DNA of 64,000 bases from an uncultured bacterium (GCA_964410905.1 CAYPIR010000003.1:79986-143985), one strand, 5' to 3'. Positions 9,481-18,905 are shown, counted from the stretch's first letter. Numbers and translations are program-made. The notes: generated by a model not told the origin, from the sequence alone.

Positions 9481-10356
9481 CTAAAACGAATGACAAATTA
9501 TTTTTCTAAACGAAAAAAGTGAGTTTTTCACTTTTTTTGACAATGCGACTGCTTCTTTTTGGCGGGAACACATTGCGAACACCGTTGCTCCACTCCCACT
9601 CATCCGAACAAAACACGCTCCGGCATTTTGGAGAATTTTTATCACTTTCGGTATGTCTGGCATCATCTCAAAAGCAGGACGTTCCAAATCGTTCCGGACG
9701 ACCTTGCTAGCTTCTGAAAATCTCTTCTTTTCAAGAAAAGAGCAAAGAATTTTAGCAATCGCTTTTTCCTTTGTCAAGGAAAGGGGCTGACCTTTCCAAT
9801 CAAGCCTCTGATAAACCTGTTTTGTATTGAGCCCTTTTGGTGTTACCAGCAATAAAAACCAGACCTTATTTTTTGTCGGCATCGTCTGCAATTTGTCGCC
9901 AATTCCCCACGAAAGAGCTTGCTCGACATTTTTCAAAAAAAACGGGACATCCGCTCCAAGTTTTTTTCCAAGTCGCAACAGTTTTATTTGAGAAATTTTA
10001 AGATTAAAAAGTCTTTTCATCCCCAATAAAAACGTCGCCGCATTGCTAGAACCGCCGCCCAAGCCGCCGCCCATCGGAATTTTTTTAGTCAGTCGGACTT
10101 TGACTCTCGGAATTTTAGGAAATTCTTTTTGAAGCAGCCTATAGGCTTTGGTTATAAGGTTGGTTTCATCTGTCGCAAGCGTAGGAATATTCGTAGAAAG
10201 AGAAAATTCATCCGCCGTTTTCTCTATTAGAATTGAATCGAGAAGAGATATTCTGTGAAAAAGCGTTACTAGTTCGTGATAACCATCTTTACGTCGCTTC
10301 AGAATACGGAGATGTAAATTTAATTTGGCGGGACTTTTAAGTAAAAGTTTTTTCAT
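9481..10356 (-). CDS. ispE: 4-diphosphocytidyl-2-C-methyl-D-erythritol kinase
   Basis: The GHMP-kinase IspE N-terminus KSPAKLNLHLRILKRRKDGYHEL and the glycine-rich motif PMGGGLGGGSSNAA are present. The start was moved to the internal Met 16 (MKKLLLKSPAKLNL). Confidence 0.85.
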   Translation of the reverse strand: MKKLLLKSPAKLNLHLRILKRRKDGYHELVTLFHRISLLDSILIEKTADEFSLSTNIPTLATDETNLITKAYRLLQKEFPKIPRVKVRLTKKIPMGGGLGGGSSNAATFLLGMKRLFNLKISQIKLLRLGKKLGADVPFFLKNVEQALSWGIGDKLQTMPTKNKVWFLLLVTPKGLNTKQVYQRLDWKGQPLSLTKEKAIAKILCSFLEKKRFSEASKVVRNDLERPAFEMMPDIPKVIKILQNAGACFVRMSGSGATVFAMCSRQKEAVALSKKVKNSLFSFRKIICHSF

Positions 10357-10589
10357 TACCACAACCAACTCTACGCGTAAGAAAGAAACAACGCGCGGCA
10401 AAACAACTTCAAAATCTATCTTGCCGCGTGTTTATTCCAACTTAATCGCCTACGACCAATCTTTTTTCTTGTGGCGATTGCGGCGCAATTTCTTTTTGCG
10501 CTTATGCTTATTCATCTTTTTTTTGCGTTGTTTACTTGCCCAAGGCATTTATTTCCTCCGATATTTTCTCATCTGCCGTTGTTTTTGTT

Positions 10590-11477
10590 TTATGGAATAA
10601 CTTTGTTTAAAGGATATTCAATAATCCCCGTCGCACCAGCTTTTTTTAACGCGGGCACAAGCTCTCGGACTATTGACTCATCAATAATTGTTTCAACATC
10701 TAACCAGTTTTCATCTGTCAAAGCCGCTATTGTCGGTTTTTTCATCGCGGGCAAAAGAGCCAAAACTTTATTGAGGCATTTCTTTTCAACATTCATCTTA
10801 AGTCCTACTTTTTCCTGAGCGCGCATTGCGCCTTCCAGCAAAAGTATCAAATTATCAATTTTTTGCTTTTTCCACGAATTTCGAACACTAGTTTTATTTG
10901 CAATAAACTTAGGGATTGACGTTATAACCGTATCAATAATTTTCAACTTGTTGGCACGAAGACTAGAACCTGTTTCAGTCGCTTCAACAATTGCGTCAGC
11001 AAGCCTCGGAGGTTTTGCTTCAGTCGCGCCCCAAGAGAACTCAACTCTCGCGTTTACTTTATTTTTTTTCAGGTAACGCTTTGTAACGCCTACAAGTTCG
11101 GTTACGATTTTTTTTCCGTTTAAATCCTTCACACTCTTAAAAGGCGAGGATTCGTGAACCGCCAAAACCCAACGAACAGGATTCGATGTTCGTTTCGAAT
11201 ATTGAAGTTCGCAAAGCTCGACAACATCAGAGTTGTTTTCAACTATCCAATCATAGCCCGTCAAACCGCAATCAACTATGCCGTCTTCGACATAACGCGA
11301 CATTTCTTGCGGGCGAAAAAGCACAACTTCGATTTCAGTGTCATCAATGGAGGGTATGTAAGAACGAGGATTAACGTTAATTTTGAATCCGGCACGTTTA
11401 AAAAGATTATAAGTCGCTTCTTCCAAACTGCCTTTCGGCAACGCTATTTTAAGTTTGTTTGACACTAGTATCTCCAA
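10590..11477 (-). CDS. hisG: ATP phosphoribosyltransferase (long form)
   Basis: 295 aa. ...[20 protein letters not shown]...[12 protein letters not shown]..., with a C-terminal regulatory domain. Confidence 0.9.
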   Translation of the reverse strand: MEILVSNKLKIALPKGSLEEATYNLFKRAGFKINVNPRSYIPSIDDTEIEVVLFRPQEMSRYVEDGIVDCGLTGYDWIVENNSDVVELCELQYSKRTSNPVRWVLAVHESSPFKSVKDLNGKKIVTELVGVTKRYLKKNKVNARVEFSWGATEAKPPRLADAIVEATETGSSLRANKLKIIDTVITSIPKFIANKTSVRNSWKKQKIDNLILLLEGAMRAQEKVGLKMNVEKKCLNKVLALLPAMKKPTIAALTDENWLDVETIIDESIVRELVPALKKAGATGIIEYPLNKVIP

Positions 11478-11632
11478 TTTAAATTACTTATGAAAAAATA
11501 AGACGCACAACAGAATTCCTAGAGCAGAATCCGTATCGCGAGGGAATAAACAGAAGCGAATTTTATCTTTTTGCTCTGTTAGTGTCAACACGCTTGAAAA
11601 ACAAAAATCTATATCAAAAAAACTGCGAGCAC

Positions 11633-11660
11633 TTGCTTGCAAAAAAAAATCTGTTACAAT
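11633..11660 (+). promoter_or_regulatory. candidate sigma70 promoter for tRNA-Met (TTGCTT-16-TACAAT)
   Basis: -35 at 11633-11638 and -10 at 11655-11660. The tRNA starts at 11695. Confidence 0.35.
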
Positions 11661-11694
11661 GCTGTTCTTATTTTGAATTTTATATTTCTAACAT

Positions 11695-11771
<77 letters not shown>

Positions 11772-11783
11772 TCTACAATAAAA

Positions 11784-11818
11784 GGGGTTACGAATAAAAT
11801 CGTGACCCCTTTTTTTTC
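11784..11818 (+). terminator. rho-independent terminator after tRNA-Met
   Basis: Hairpin GGGGTTACG...CGTGACCCC followed by T8. Confidence 0.6.
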
Positions 11819-11883
11819 TTCATTTCCACGAAAATCTAACAAAAATCTAACAGACGTATTTTGCGAACAGATACAATATCGCT

Positions 11884-12858
11884 ATGAGTAATCCGAAACG
11901 GCAGCACTTTCTGCCACAGTTCTATCTGGAAGGTTTTGCATCCCAGCCCGTATCGTCCCCTCCAAAGTTCTGGTTCTATGATTTTCTGCAAGGCGCATGG
12001 GATGTCAGAACGCCCACGAACACCGCCGTTCGAAAACATTATTACACCGTCGAGAATCAAGAGAAGGAGAAGGATTACCAAGTTGAGAAATACTTCGCAG
12101 ACATTGAGGGTAAGGTGAAAGACCTCATGGTGCGAAAGCTGAATAAAGGGTTGAAACTAAAAGGGTCAGAGCATATTGCGACGCTGGCTGTTTTTGTGTA
12201 CTTAATGCGTTCACGAGTGCCTTATTTCAGAGACAAAATGGAAGCGTTCAATGTCGAAATTATTGAGCAGATGATGTCAATGATGCGTCAGCAAGCAAAA
12301 AAGAACCCCAATTATTTGAAGTGGTTAGAAGAAGACATGGAAAAGAAAACGGGGGAAAAAATGGGGTTGGATACTATGGACCCCGATGATTTTATGAATA
12401 CCGATAAGTTCAAGATTAAAATGCATCAGAATTTTCTCGTGGGGCTATGCCTTAGCCACATTGATAAAGCGGCGAGTATCATTTCTAGGATGAATTGGTC
12501 GATTATGCGAACAACGGAAGACGCCCCATTTATTACCTGTGATAACCCCTATTTTGAAATCAATCCTAAAAGCACGAGTTCTTGGGATAGAGCAGGCTTG
12601 CTAAATAAGGACATAGAAATATCACTTCCGCTTAGCTCAACGCTCTGTTTTTTCGCAAGTTGGACAAAAGCTCCCAGCTGGTTTAGTTTGGCTTCTCCGA
12701 GGCATGTTCATCAGTTCAATCTTCGGTCGATGATGGGCGCAAGAGAGTTTATTGTCGCCAGCACTAAACAATTCCCAGCGCATGAAAACTTGGAGAGAAA
12801 AACGAAAGCATTGAAGGAAGATTCAAAGTCTCCTCGAACCGCTATGACGAAGCCCTGA
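11884..12858 (+). CDS. DUF4238-family protein (candidate antiphage protein, Rst_DUF4238-like)
   Basis: 324 aa. The N-terminus MSNPKRQHFLPQFYLEGF matches the hallmark DUF4238 start (H[FY][VL]PQFYL..F). Confidence 0.65.
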   Translation: MSNPKRQHFLPQFYLEGFASQPVSSPPKFWFYDFLQGAWDVRTPTNTAVRKHYYTVENQEKEKDYQVEKYFADIEGKVKDLMVRKLNKGLKLKGSEHIATLAVFVYLMRSRVPYFRDKMEAFNVEIIEQMMSMMRQQAKKNPNYLKWLEEDMEKKTGEKMGLDTMDPDDFMNTDKFKIKMHQNFLVGLCLSHIDKAASIISRMNWSIMRTTEDAPFITCDNPYFEINPKSTSSWDRAGLLNKDIEISLPLSSTLCFFASWTKAPSWFSLASPRHVHQFNLRSMMGAREFIVASTKQFPAHENLERKTKALKEDSKSPRTAMTKP

Positions 12859-13083
12859 TAGCACGCATAGCCACGTTTCCAGCCCATTTTGGACCCAGCT
12901 CCAACACCTATCACCAAACGCAAAACATAAGCAAAACGAGGCTAAAACGAAGCGATAAAGCAATTAGAGCTGGAGGAAAGTCAGGAGGGGCTTGATTCAA
13001 GCTTAATTAAGCTTGCACTTAGTATGTTTGAGGAGATAATACTCTTGGGTTTCTAACCATCGAAAGCAGAAAGGGGTCCGCAT

Positions 13084-13356
13084 ATGTCTATCGAAATACC
13101 AATGTCTGAGCGTTCCAAAAAATACGGCTATGTTTTTTGGGGGAAAAGAGCCGATTCCCAAATCGAATCTCTGTTGAAAGAAAAACAAAAAATCAGTGTG
13201 AAATTTAATGGCGTAGACTTAGGAGAAAAAAATATAGATTGGAAGCATCGCCGTATCTCTCTTGGGTGGACGCAAACAAGAAGTTTGCCGAATAAAAAAG
13301 CGTCATTTTTTTTAACCGTATCAAAGGATAATTGGCTAAACATAAAAACGGTATGA
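13084..13356 (+). CDS. hypothetical small protein (90 aa) overlapping the methyltransferase start
   Basis: An ORF only. It overlaps the start of the downstream methyltransferase gene by 25 nt. No recognisable motif. Confidence 0.3.
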   Translation: MSIEIPMSERSKKYGYVFWGKRADSQIESLLKEKQKISVKFNGVDLGEKNIDWKHRRISLGWTQTRSLPNKKASFFLTVSKDNWLNIKTV

Positions 13357-15551
13357 ACGTTACAGAAAATGTAGAAATAGCCTGCCCCAAATTATTCCCT
13401 ATTCCTGAAGAATCCATACACCGCATTGTTGATGAAGGGATGCTTCAGTATGAAGCGTCAGTGTCTGGACTCAAGGAAAGGTATCGCAGGGGTGAGACTT
13501 CACATACTGGGCAAGTATGGTGGGCAAGACGACCGCATTCCGCCATGCGGGCGTTGGTTTTTGCAGCGTTAAGCCAAAACGTTTCAAACGAAGCCGTGCA
13601 AATCATGGCAACCCTTGCTAACTGCGAAGCTCCCTCAAATGAAGTCTTAAAACGTGCTGAGGAAATAATCTCTTCTGGTGGTGTTCCCAAATTATTAGAC
13701 ATATTCGGTGGTGGAGGAACCATAGCTTCAGAAGCTGCAAGGATTGGGGCGAAAGCGTATTCGTGTGATGTGAATGAATTAGCCTGCTACATCCAAAGAA
13801 CGAATCTTACATATTCGCAACTTTTGAAGCAGGATGAGCTTTTCGCCTTAATCCAAAATTCTGGAGAGCGCATATTAAATAACTTAACTCAACTAACGAG
13901 AGATGTCTTCCCTCCAGCAAAGAGCATGATTGGAGGCGGGGGTAACCTGTTTTCCGAAGATGTGCAACCACTTGCATATCTATGGAGCTACGCTCGGACA
14001 TGTTCTAAATGTCAGTATAAGTTCTTGCTAATAAAGCGTCCGTGGCTTTCCAAAAAGAGAGAGCGAAAAACCGCATTTAGATTGAAGGATGATTTTGAAT
14101 CAAATGCGCAAACAGTGGAGATAATCGAAACCGATGATTCTTACGAGTTTATAAGTAATTGGAGCGGGCGAAATGGCATTGTCACATGTCCTAAATGCAA
14201 AACTATTCATGATGGCAATAAAATATCTGACTTGGAAGATTGCTTAATAGGAATAATTGTTAAAACGAAAAAGGGTAAATCTTTTTTAACGCCTGAGGAA
14301 ACCAGCTATCAATGCCCTTCATTGAATTACATGAAAGAAAAGGAAGCCAAGCTGCTAGAGAGTCTTGGGAAAAATCTGCCCGAAACAAAACTGCCTAAAT
14401 GGTCTGGCATCGTAAACCCTGCGTTGTATGGCATAGAAGAGCATAAAGATTTATTAAATCAGAGACAAAGAATCTTCCTTTTAGCGTTAATGAAGGAGAT
14501 TAAAGACGAATACAAAGTAATCGTTAAGAAACATGGCGTAGGGATAGCTAAAAGCGTTGTAGCTTTTCTCTCAGGTCTTGTTGACCAAGCTGTTGATTGG
14601 AATTGCAGATTATCAATGTGGATTTCTCAAAATGAACAAGTTGGACGAGCGCTGTGCGGACCAGGGCTTCCAATGTATTGGGACTATGTCGAAATAGACG
14701 GTGTTAGAAAAGGACCCGCAAACTTATGGGACAAGTTGGAACGAATTAGCAAAGGTGCGAAATCAATAGGTGGTTTTACGCACAAACCAGAGGTGAGTTT
14801 AGCGCCTGCTCAAAAACTTCCTTTTCCTAAAAACACCTTTGATGCAGTGGTCACTGACCCTCCCTACTATGACAACATCTATTACAGTATTTTGGCTGAT
14901 TGTATTTATCCATGGAAAAGAATGCTTTTGGAGGATATTGAGGTAGAACTTTTTTCTAACAGAAAAACCTCCAGTGAAAAAGAGCTTGTTGCCTCCACAT
15001 TTCGGAGCGGAACACCCGAAAAGGCTCACGGCGATTATTGCGTCGAACTTGCAAAGGCAATCAATGAAGCGGAAAGGGTCTTAAAGAAGAATGGAGTTTT
15101 TTGCTTTATATATAGCCATAGCTCTTCGAAAGGATGGGATGCGTTGATTCAGGCGTTCAGACCCAGCAATTTTTTCGTAACGAGCGTTCAGCCGTTAAGC
15201 ATAGAACGAAAAGAAAGACCAAGGGCAATGACGTCCCTTGCCGTCAATACATGTTTAACTTTTGTTGCGCATAAATCTAATGTCAGGAAAGGCGAAGTCA
15301 CCATAAAAGAGATTTTGAAAAACATTGAAAGCATCCGTGATAATTTCATGAAGTCTTTAACTTCATCGGGGTGGGAAGAAAGCGACGTAGCATTAGCTAT
15401 TTTTGCAAATGGCATTGGATTGTTAACGAATTTCAATCAAGTTAAGCGGGGCGAGGAAATTATTTCCAACGAAACTTGTATAGAGGCTATCGAAGCGAAA
15501 ATCCAAGAAAAGTTTCCTGAATTTAAGATACAAAAAAGAGGCTCGCTCTAG
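13332..15551 (+). CDS. DNA methyltransferase, Zn-ribbon-containing (DUF1156/COG1743-like, DPPY motif)
   Basis: 739 aa. The N-terminal ...HTGQVWWARRPHSAMRALVFAAL resembles the DUF1156 WWARRP motif. Motif I-like FGGGGTIASEAARIGAKAYSCDVN, CxxC...CxxC Zn-ribbons (CSKCQYKF...CPKCKTIHDG) and the catalytic DPPYYDNIYYS are present. Confidence 0.7.
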   Translation: MAKHKNGMNVTENVEIACPKLFPIPEESIHRIVDEGMLQYEASVSGLKERYRRGETSHTGQVWWARRPHSAMRALVFAALSQNVSNEAVQIMATLANCEAPSNEVLKRAEEIISSGGVPKLLDIFGGGGTIASEAARIGAKAYSCDVNELACYIQRTNLTYSQLLKQDELFALIQNSGERILNNLTQLTRDVFPPAKSMIGGGGNLFSEDVQPLAYLWSYARTCSKCQYKFLLIKRPWLSKKRERKTAFRLKDDFESNAQTVEIIETDDSYEFISNWSGRNGIVTCPKCKTIHDGNKISDLEDCLIGIIVKTKKGKSFLTPEETSYQCPSLNYMKEKEAKLLESLGKNLPETKLPKWSGIVNPALYGIEEHKDLLNQRQRIFLLALMKEIKDEYKVIVKKHGVGIAKSVVAFLSGLVDQAVDWNCRLSMWISQNEQVGRALCGPGLPMYWDYVEIDGVRKGPANLWDKLERISKGAKSIGGFTHKPEVSLAPAQKLPFPKNTFDAVVTDPPYYDNIYYSILADCIYPWKRMLLEDIEVELFSNRKTSSEKELVASTFRSGTPEKAHGDYCVELAKAINEAERVLKKNGVFCFIYSHSSSKGWDALIQAFRPSNFFVTSVQPLSIERKERPRAMTSLAVNTCLTFVAHKSNVRKGEVTIKEILKNIESIRDNFMKSLTSSGWEESDVALAIFANGIGLLTNFNQVKRGEEIISNETCIEAIEAKIQEKFPEFKIQKRGSL

Positions 15552-16426
15552 CCCTTATTCCACTTAGTCTGCTTCTCTTTTATCGTGTCTATTTTTTGCT
15601 GAATTTTTTGTGAATCCAAAAGCATGGCTTGCAGCTCTTCTTTTGTCAGAGACAGAATTTTCTTTTTCTCTGTTTCCCAGTAGCCAGCCTCTTTGTTTGC
15701 TTGTGAGTTTGCATGCTGCCGAGCCTTTTCAATAAATCGCTCCAAATCTGATTTGCTTGCTCCGATGCAACGGCATAGAGCTTCCTCTACTTTTGACCAA
15801 TATAAATCGCCCGAAATCGCAGAGCCTGATTTTCGAATTTCAGAGGATGTGTTCCAAAGCGCTTCATAATTAAATTTATTTGGATTTTTTGTACTTAAAA
15901 TGAACTGCAAATGTATGTATGTCAAAAGCGTTGCATTTGTTTGCACTGCTTCTCTGTAAAGCCTCGAATCATTCCCAGGAAATTGACCGAGTGGACCGAC
16001 CAAGCAAGCGTAGTCCGCTGATGCTTTCTTTCTCCAGCCATCCAAAGGTTCTATTTTGTAATCTTTGGGATTTAGAGCTGTTCTGCTGAGCCTAAATGCT
16101 TTGCCATCCGCAACGATTCTGTAAGAGCCTTTCTTTTCAGCGACTACGTCGGCGTAATCCGCTCTTTCTTCGCACAATCTAGCTTCTAAACCCATTTGTT
16201 CGAGACATCCAAAAATCAGAATGTCGCAGTACTTTGCATACATTTTTTCTTCGGTTGAGTCATGGGAAAAGATTTCAGGTATAAATCCAGCTACTGCAAG
16301 ATGGTCGTTCAGTTGGCTAATAGATAACTCACCGAGGGAAGATAGCAGATTTTTAACACGTGTTGGAAAGTCCACATCGCCCACACAAGCCTTCCCAATA
16401 AACTCAACTATGTTTTCGTGGTTCAT
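15548..16426 (-). CDS. type II restriction endonuclease, HindIII family
   Basis: 292 aa. ...KYCDILIFG...ADVVAEKKGSYRIVADGKAFRLSRTALNPKDYKIEPLDGWR... aligns with HindIII (as recalled from memory: ...AGDIVLAKAF...GDVIALSKEFNYGLVADAKSFRLSRTAKNQKDFKVKALSEWR...), including the PD-(D/E)xK residues. Convergent with the methyltransferase, overlapping it by 4 nt. Confidence 0.65.
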   Translation of the reverse strand: MNHENIVEFIGKACVGDVDFPTRVKNLLSSLGELSISQLNDHLAVAGFIPEIFSHDSTEEKMYAKYCDILIFGCLEQMGLEARLCEERADYADVVAEKKGSYRIVADGKAFRLSRTALNPKDYKIEPLDGWRKKASADYACLVGPLGQFPGNDSRLYREAVQTNATLLTYIHLQFILSTKNPNKFNYEALWNTSSEIRKSGSAISGDLYWSKVEEALCRCIGASKSDLERFIEKARQHANSQANKEAGYWETEKKKILSLTKEELQAMLLDSQKIQQKIDTIKEKQTKWNKG

Positions 16427-16450
16427 AATGTTTGCTCATCATGCCTTTGG

Positions 16451-17097
16451 TTAAATGGGGAGTTCTCTTGTGAGTATCGGCGCATGGTAGATTTTTTTAA
16501 CAATAATTGTCCCCACCTTCAGAACAAAGCTCCTCCGTTTTTGGTCATCGTTGACGCCGAATATAGGCACCCCAGAGATGATAGGACAGACGGATTTGAG
16601 TAATTCGCTCAGGTTTTTTTTGACGACTCTCGAATACAAGTGCCGAGCGTTACTCAGGGGTTTACTCGTTTTACTCAGCTTTCTTGGCGTACTTCCGAAT
16701 GTATAGGACATCTCGACGGAACACCTGAATGTAGCTGTAGCGGAGGAAGTCGGGATAGCTGAGTTTGCGATTTTTTCGCAAGGTGTTTTTGATGAGTCTC
16801 GAATACAGCTGGAAAGAGTTTCGCAAGAGGTTGACCGATTTTCGCAAGTGTTCTTGGCGTACTTCTGAAGGCATAGGACATGCCGACGGAACACCAGAAT
16901 GTTGTCGTAGCGGAGGACGTAGTAATCGCAAAAGATAGCAATTTCGGGGTGTCTGCTACGGTGGTGTCTCGAATACAGGGGAACGGAGTTGCTACGCTCG
17001 AAGCCCGTTTTTCTACGATGATAATGGATGCTCCGCCAACGATAAAAAACAGTCCGAGCTGAGACCAGTTTGATTTAATCCGCAGCACAAGCATCAC
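16451..17097 (-). pseudogene. possible frameshifted repeat-containing gene (two overlapping minus-strand ORFs encoding related peptide repeats)
   Basis: The ORFs 16675..17097 and 16451..16894 are in different frames. Each encodes a related ~34-aa segment (SATTTFWCSVGMSYAFRSTPRTLAKIGQPLAKLF versus SATATFRCSVEMSYTFGSTPRKLSKTSKPLSNAR). The first ORF starts with a hydrophobic, signal-like N-terminus. Confidence 0.3.
16611..17050. repeat. tandem direct repeat, ~169-170-bp unit, ~2.6 copies at ~85% identity
   Basis: Anchor 'tctcgaatacag' at 16628, 16797 and 16967. Anchor 'ttcttggcgtacttc' at 16681 and 16851. Confidence 0.8.
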
Positions 17098-17182
17098 CCT
17101 TCCATTTCGATAGCCCTTGCAGCAGTGTGTTCGTGGTCTACCATTACATTAACAAAACAACCACGAAACAAAAGGGGGCAAG

Positions 17183-18265
17183 ATGAACGAAGATGAAGCA
17201 AGAAGACTATTAACCCTGCCAATAACCCAAATTCAACGGCGCATCATGGAAAAGAACAAGACCGCAGCCGTTACGGCAGACCAAATGACGCTTCTTCTTG
17301 CGCTTGAGAAGGCTGGCAAGAACCGCAAGGGCATGAAAGATTGGCTTGAGCTTGGCATCAGCATGAACGCTCCGCCAGGCGAATACTACCTGACCTATCA
17401 GCACAAGGTTTCCATCTGGAAATCGGCTCTCCAGAAATACATCAGGCGTGGAATGACGGAAAAGGCATTGGGGGCAGGCAAAGTCCTGTTCAGGATGGCG
17501 CAGGAGCAAGCGGTACGACGAATGAAAATTATTATCACAGAGGACGTGTTCAGTGCGGTCGAAGCACTTCGGTTTTTCGATGGGATGATGGGACTCGATG
17601 ATTTTCTCTCCATCGTCAAAACGGTCGCTGATGCCCCAAAGGACAAGAGTTGTTGCGCCGTAGCAGACAAGCTGGCTGTAAGTGATTCGAGCTGGCTAAT
17701 GGCAAATTCTGAGCAATTACGGGGATATTTAGAAGCGAAAACGAAAAGCGATATTGTTTGCGCAGAAATAATGGGCTTGGTCTGGCAGAAAGAATGGGGG
17801 CGCATTCAAAACATCTTGGGGAATGACCCCGTGGTGCGCCAGTGCATCCAGCGAGCCTCCGAAGGCACATACTTCAAAGGCGATACCATCGTCCTCATGG
17901 TTGCTGCCATCCGCTACTTATACGGCGAACACCTGCTCAAGAACCTGAAACTGTCTCTGGTTGATGCGGATAGCGTTGCTGACATGAGGTTAAGTGAGAT
18001 TGATTGGTTTTGCACGGATTTCCACACGCCAGTTGGACGGGTCGTACTGGACGAGTTTTTAATAAGGCATCGGGGTATTGACCGTAGAGAACTTGAAACG
18101 TCTTGGTTTTTTTCAGAGAGCGCCAAGCTGAGCGACAATCAGGTAGCTGGCACTTGCGAAAAAGGGCAATTTAATCGGGAGCTGTGGATAAGTTACGGCA
18201 AAGAGATAGAAGGGATGGTGAAAGAATACCTTCTAAGCAGATTCAAGATAGCGCAATACGATTAG
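17183..18265 (+). CDS. hypothetical protein (360 aa), island cargo
   Basis: A long ORF with codon-like composition and no family I can name. Contains ...IDWFCTDFHTPVGRVVLDEF... Confidence 0.5.
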   Translation: MNEDEARRLLTLPITQIQRRIMEKNKTAAVTADQMTLLLALEKAGKNRKGMKDWLELGISMNAPPGEYYLTYQHKVSIWKSALQKYIRRGMTEKALGAGKVLFRMAQEQAVRRMKIIITEDVFSAVEALRFFDGMMGLDDFLSIVKTVADAPKDKSCCAVADKLAVSDSSWLMANSEQLRGYLEAKTKSDIVCAEIMGLVWQKEWGRIQNILGNDPVVRQCIQRASEGTYFKGDTIVLMVAAIRYLYGEHLLKNLKLSLVDADSVADMRLSEIDWFCTDFHTPVGRVVLDEFLIRHRGIDRRELETSWFFSESAKLSDNQVAGTCEKGQFNRELWISYGKEIEGMVKEYLLSRFKIAQYD

Positions 18266-18278
18266 GGGGTGGCTGAAG

Positions 18279-18905
18279 ATGAAGAGAACAGCGAAGGCGG
18301 TTATCTATGCCAGATGCAGTACGGACGAGAGCCGACAGGATACGGACGTTCAGTTGAAAGAGATTCGGCGATATGCGGAGGCATATGGATTTGATTATGA
18401 CGAGGTTTCAGAATACGGAAGCGGATACAAAGGCGAACAGCCCAAGCTCGACGAGGTTATCGAGAAAATTAAGCTCGGTCACTATTCCACCCTGCTCGTC
18501 TACTCTCTGGACAGGTTTTCCCGACAGCATCCCAAAAAGGTTAATGCTCTCTTGGACCAAATCGTCTACGACTACCACTGCCGATTCATTTCACTCAAGG
18601 AAGGCATTGATTCGACCAACGAAATGGTTTGGCACGTCATACGCCCGCTGTTCAGTTATTTTGCCAACGTCTTCTCCAAGCAGCTTAGCGAGAAAATCAG
18701 AGCTGGCATCAAGAACAAGAAGGAGAAAAACCTTTATCGGGGCGGTCGCCCTGAGAAACTCGTCAATCCTGAACGGCTTAAAGCAATTCTGACCGAACAT
18801 GGACGTCTTGCGTTACGCCCCCTGACCGTCCGATATAATGCCGACCTCTCCAAGAAGGAGCAAGTAAGCCACCAAACCATCCGTAAAGCCCTCGCCCTGC
18901 TGTAA
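18279..18905 (+). CDS. serine recombinase (resolvase/invertase family)
   Basis: 208 aa. AVIYARCSTDESRQDTDVQ places the catalytic Ser in the YAR.ST context. ...SLDRFSR... is also present, with a C-terminal HTH-like tail. Confidence 0.85.
   Translation: MKRTAKAVIYARCSTDESRQDTDVQLKEIRRYAEAYGFDYDEVSEYGSGYKGEQPKLDEVIEKIKLGHYSTLLVYSLDRFSRQHPKKVNALLDQIVYDYHCRFISLKEGIDSTNEMVWHVIRPLFSYFANVFSKQLSEKIRAGIKNKKEKNLYRGGRPEKLVNPERLKAILTEHGRLALRPLTVRYNADLSKKEQVSHQTIRKALALL

Noticed and set aside
16671-16931. 86-aa minus-strand ORF, and the 60-aa plus-strand ORF 16880..17062, inside the repeat block
   Set aside because: Additional overlapping frames generated by the repeats. They are treated as part of one degraded repeat locus rather than separate genes.
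16611-17050. Possible CRISPR array
   Set aside because: The repeat unit is ~169 bp at ~85% identity with no short repeat-spacer architecture and no cas genes. It is a tandem duplication, not CRISPR.
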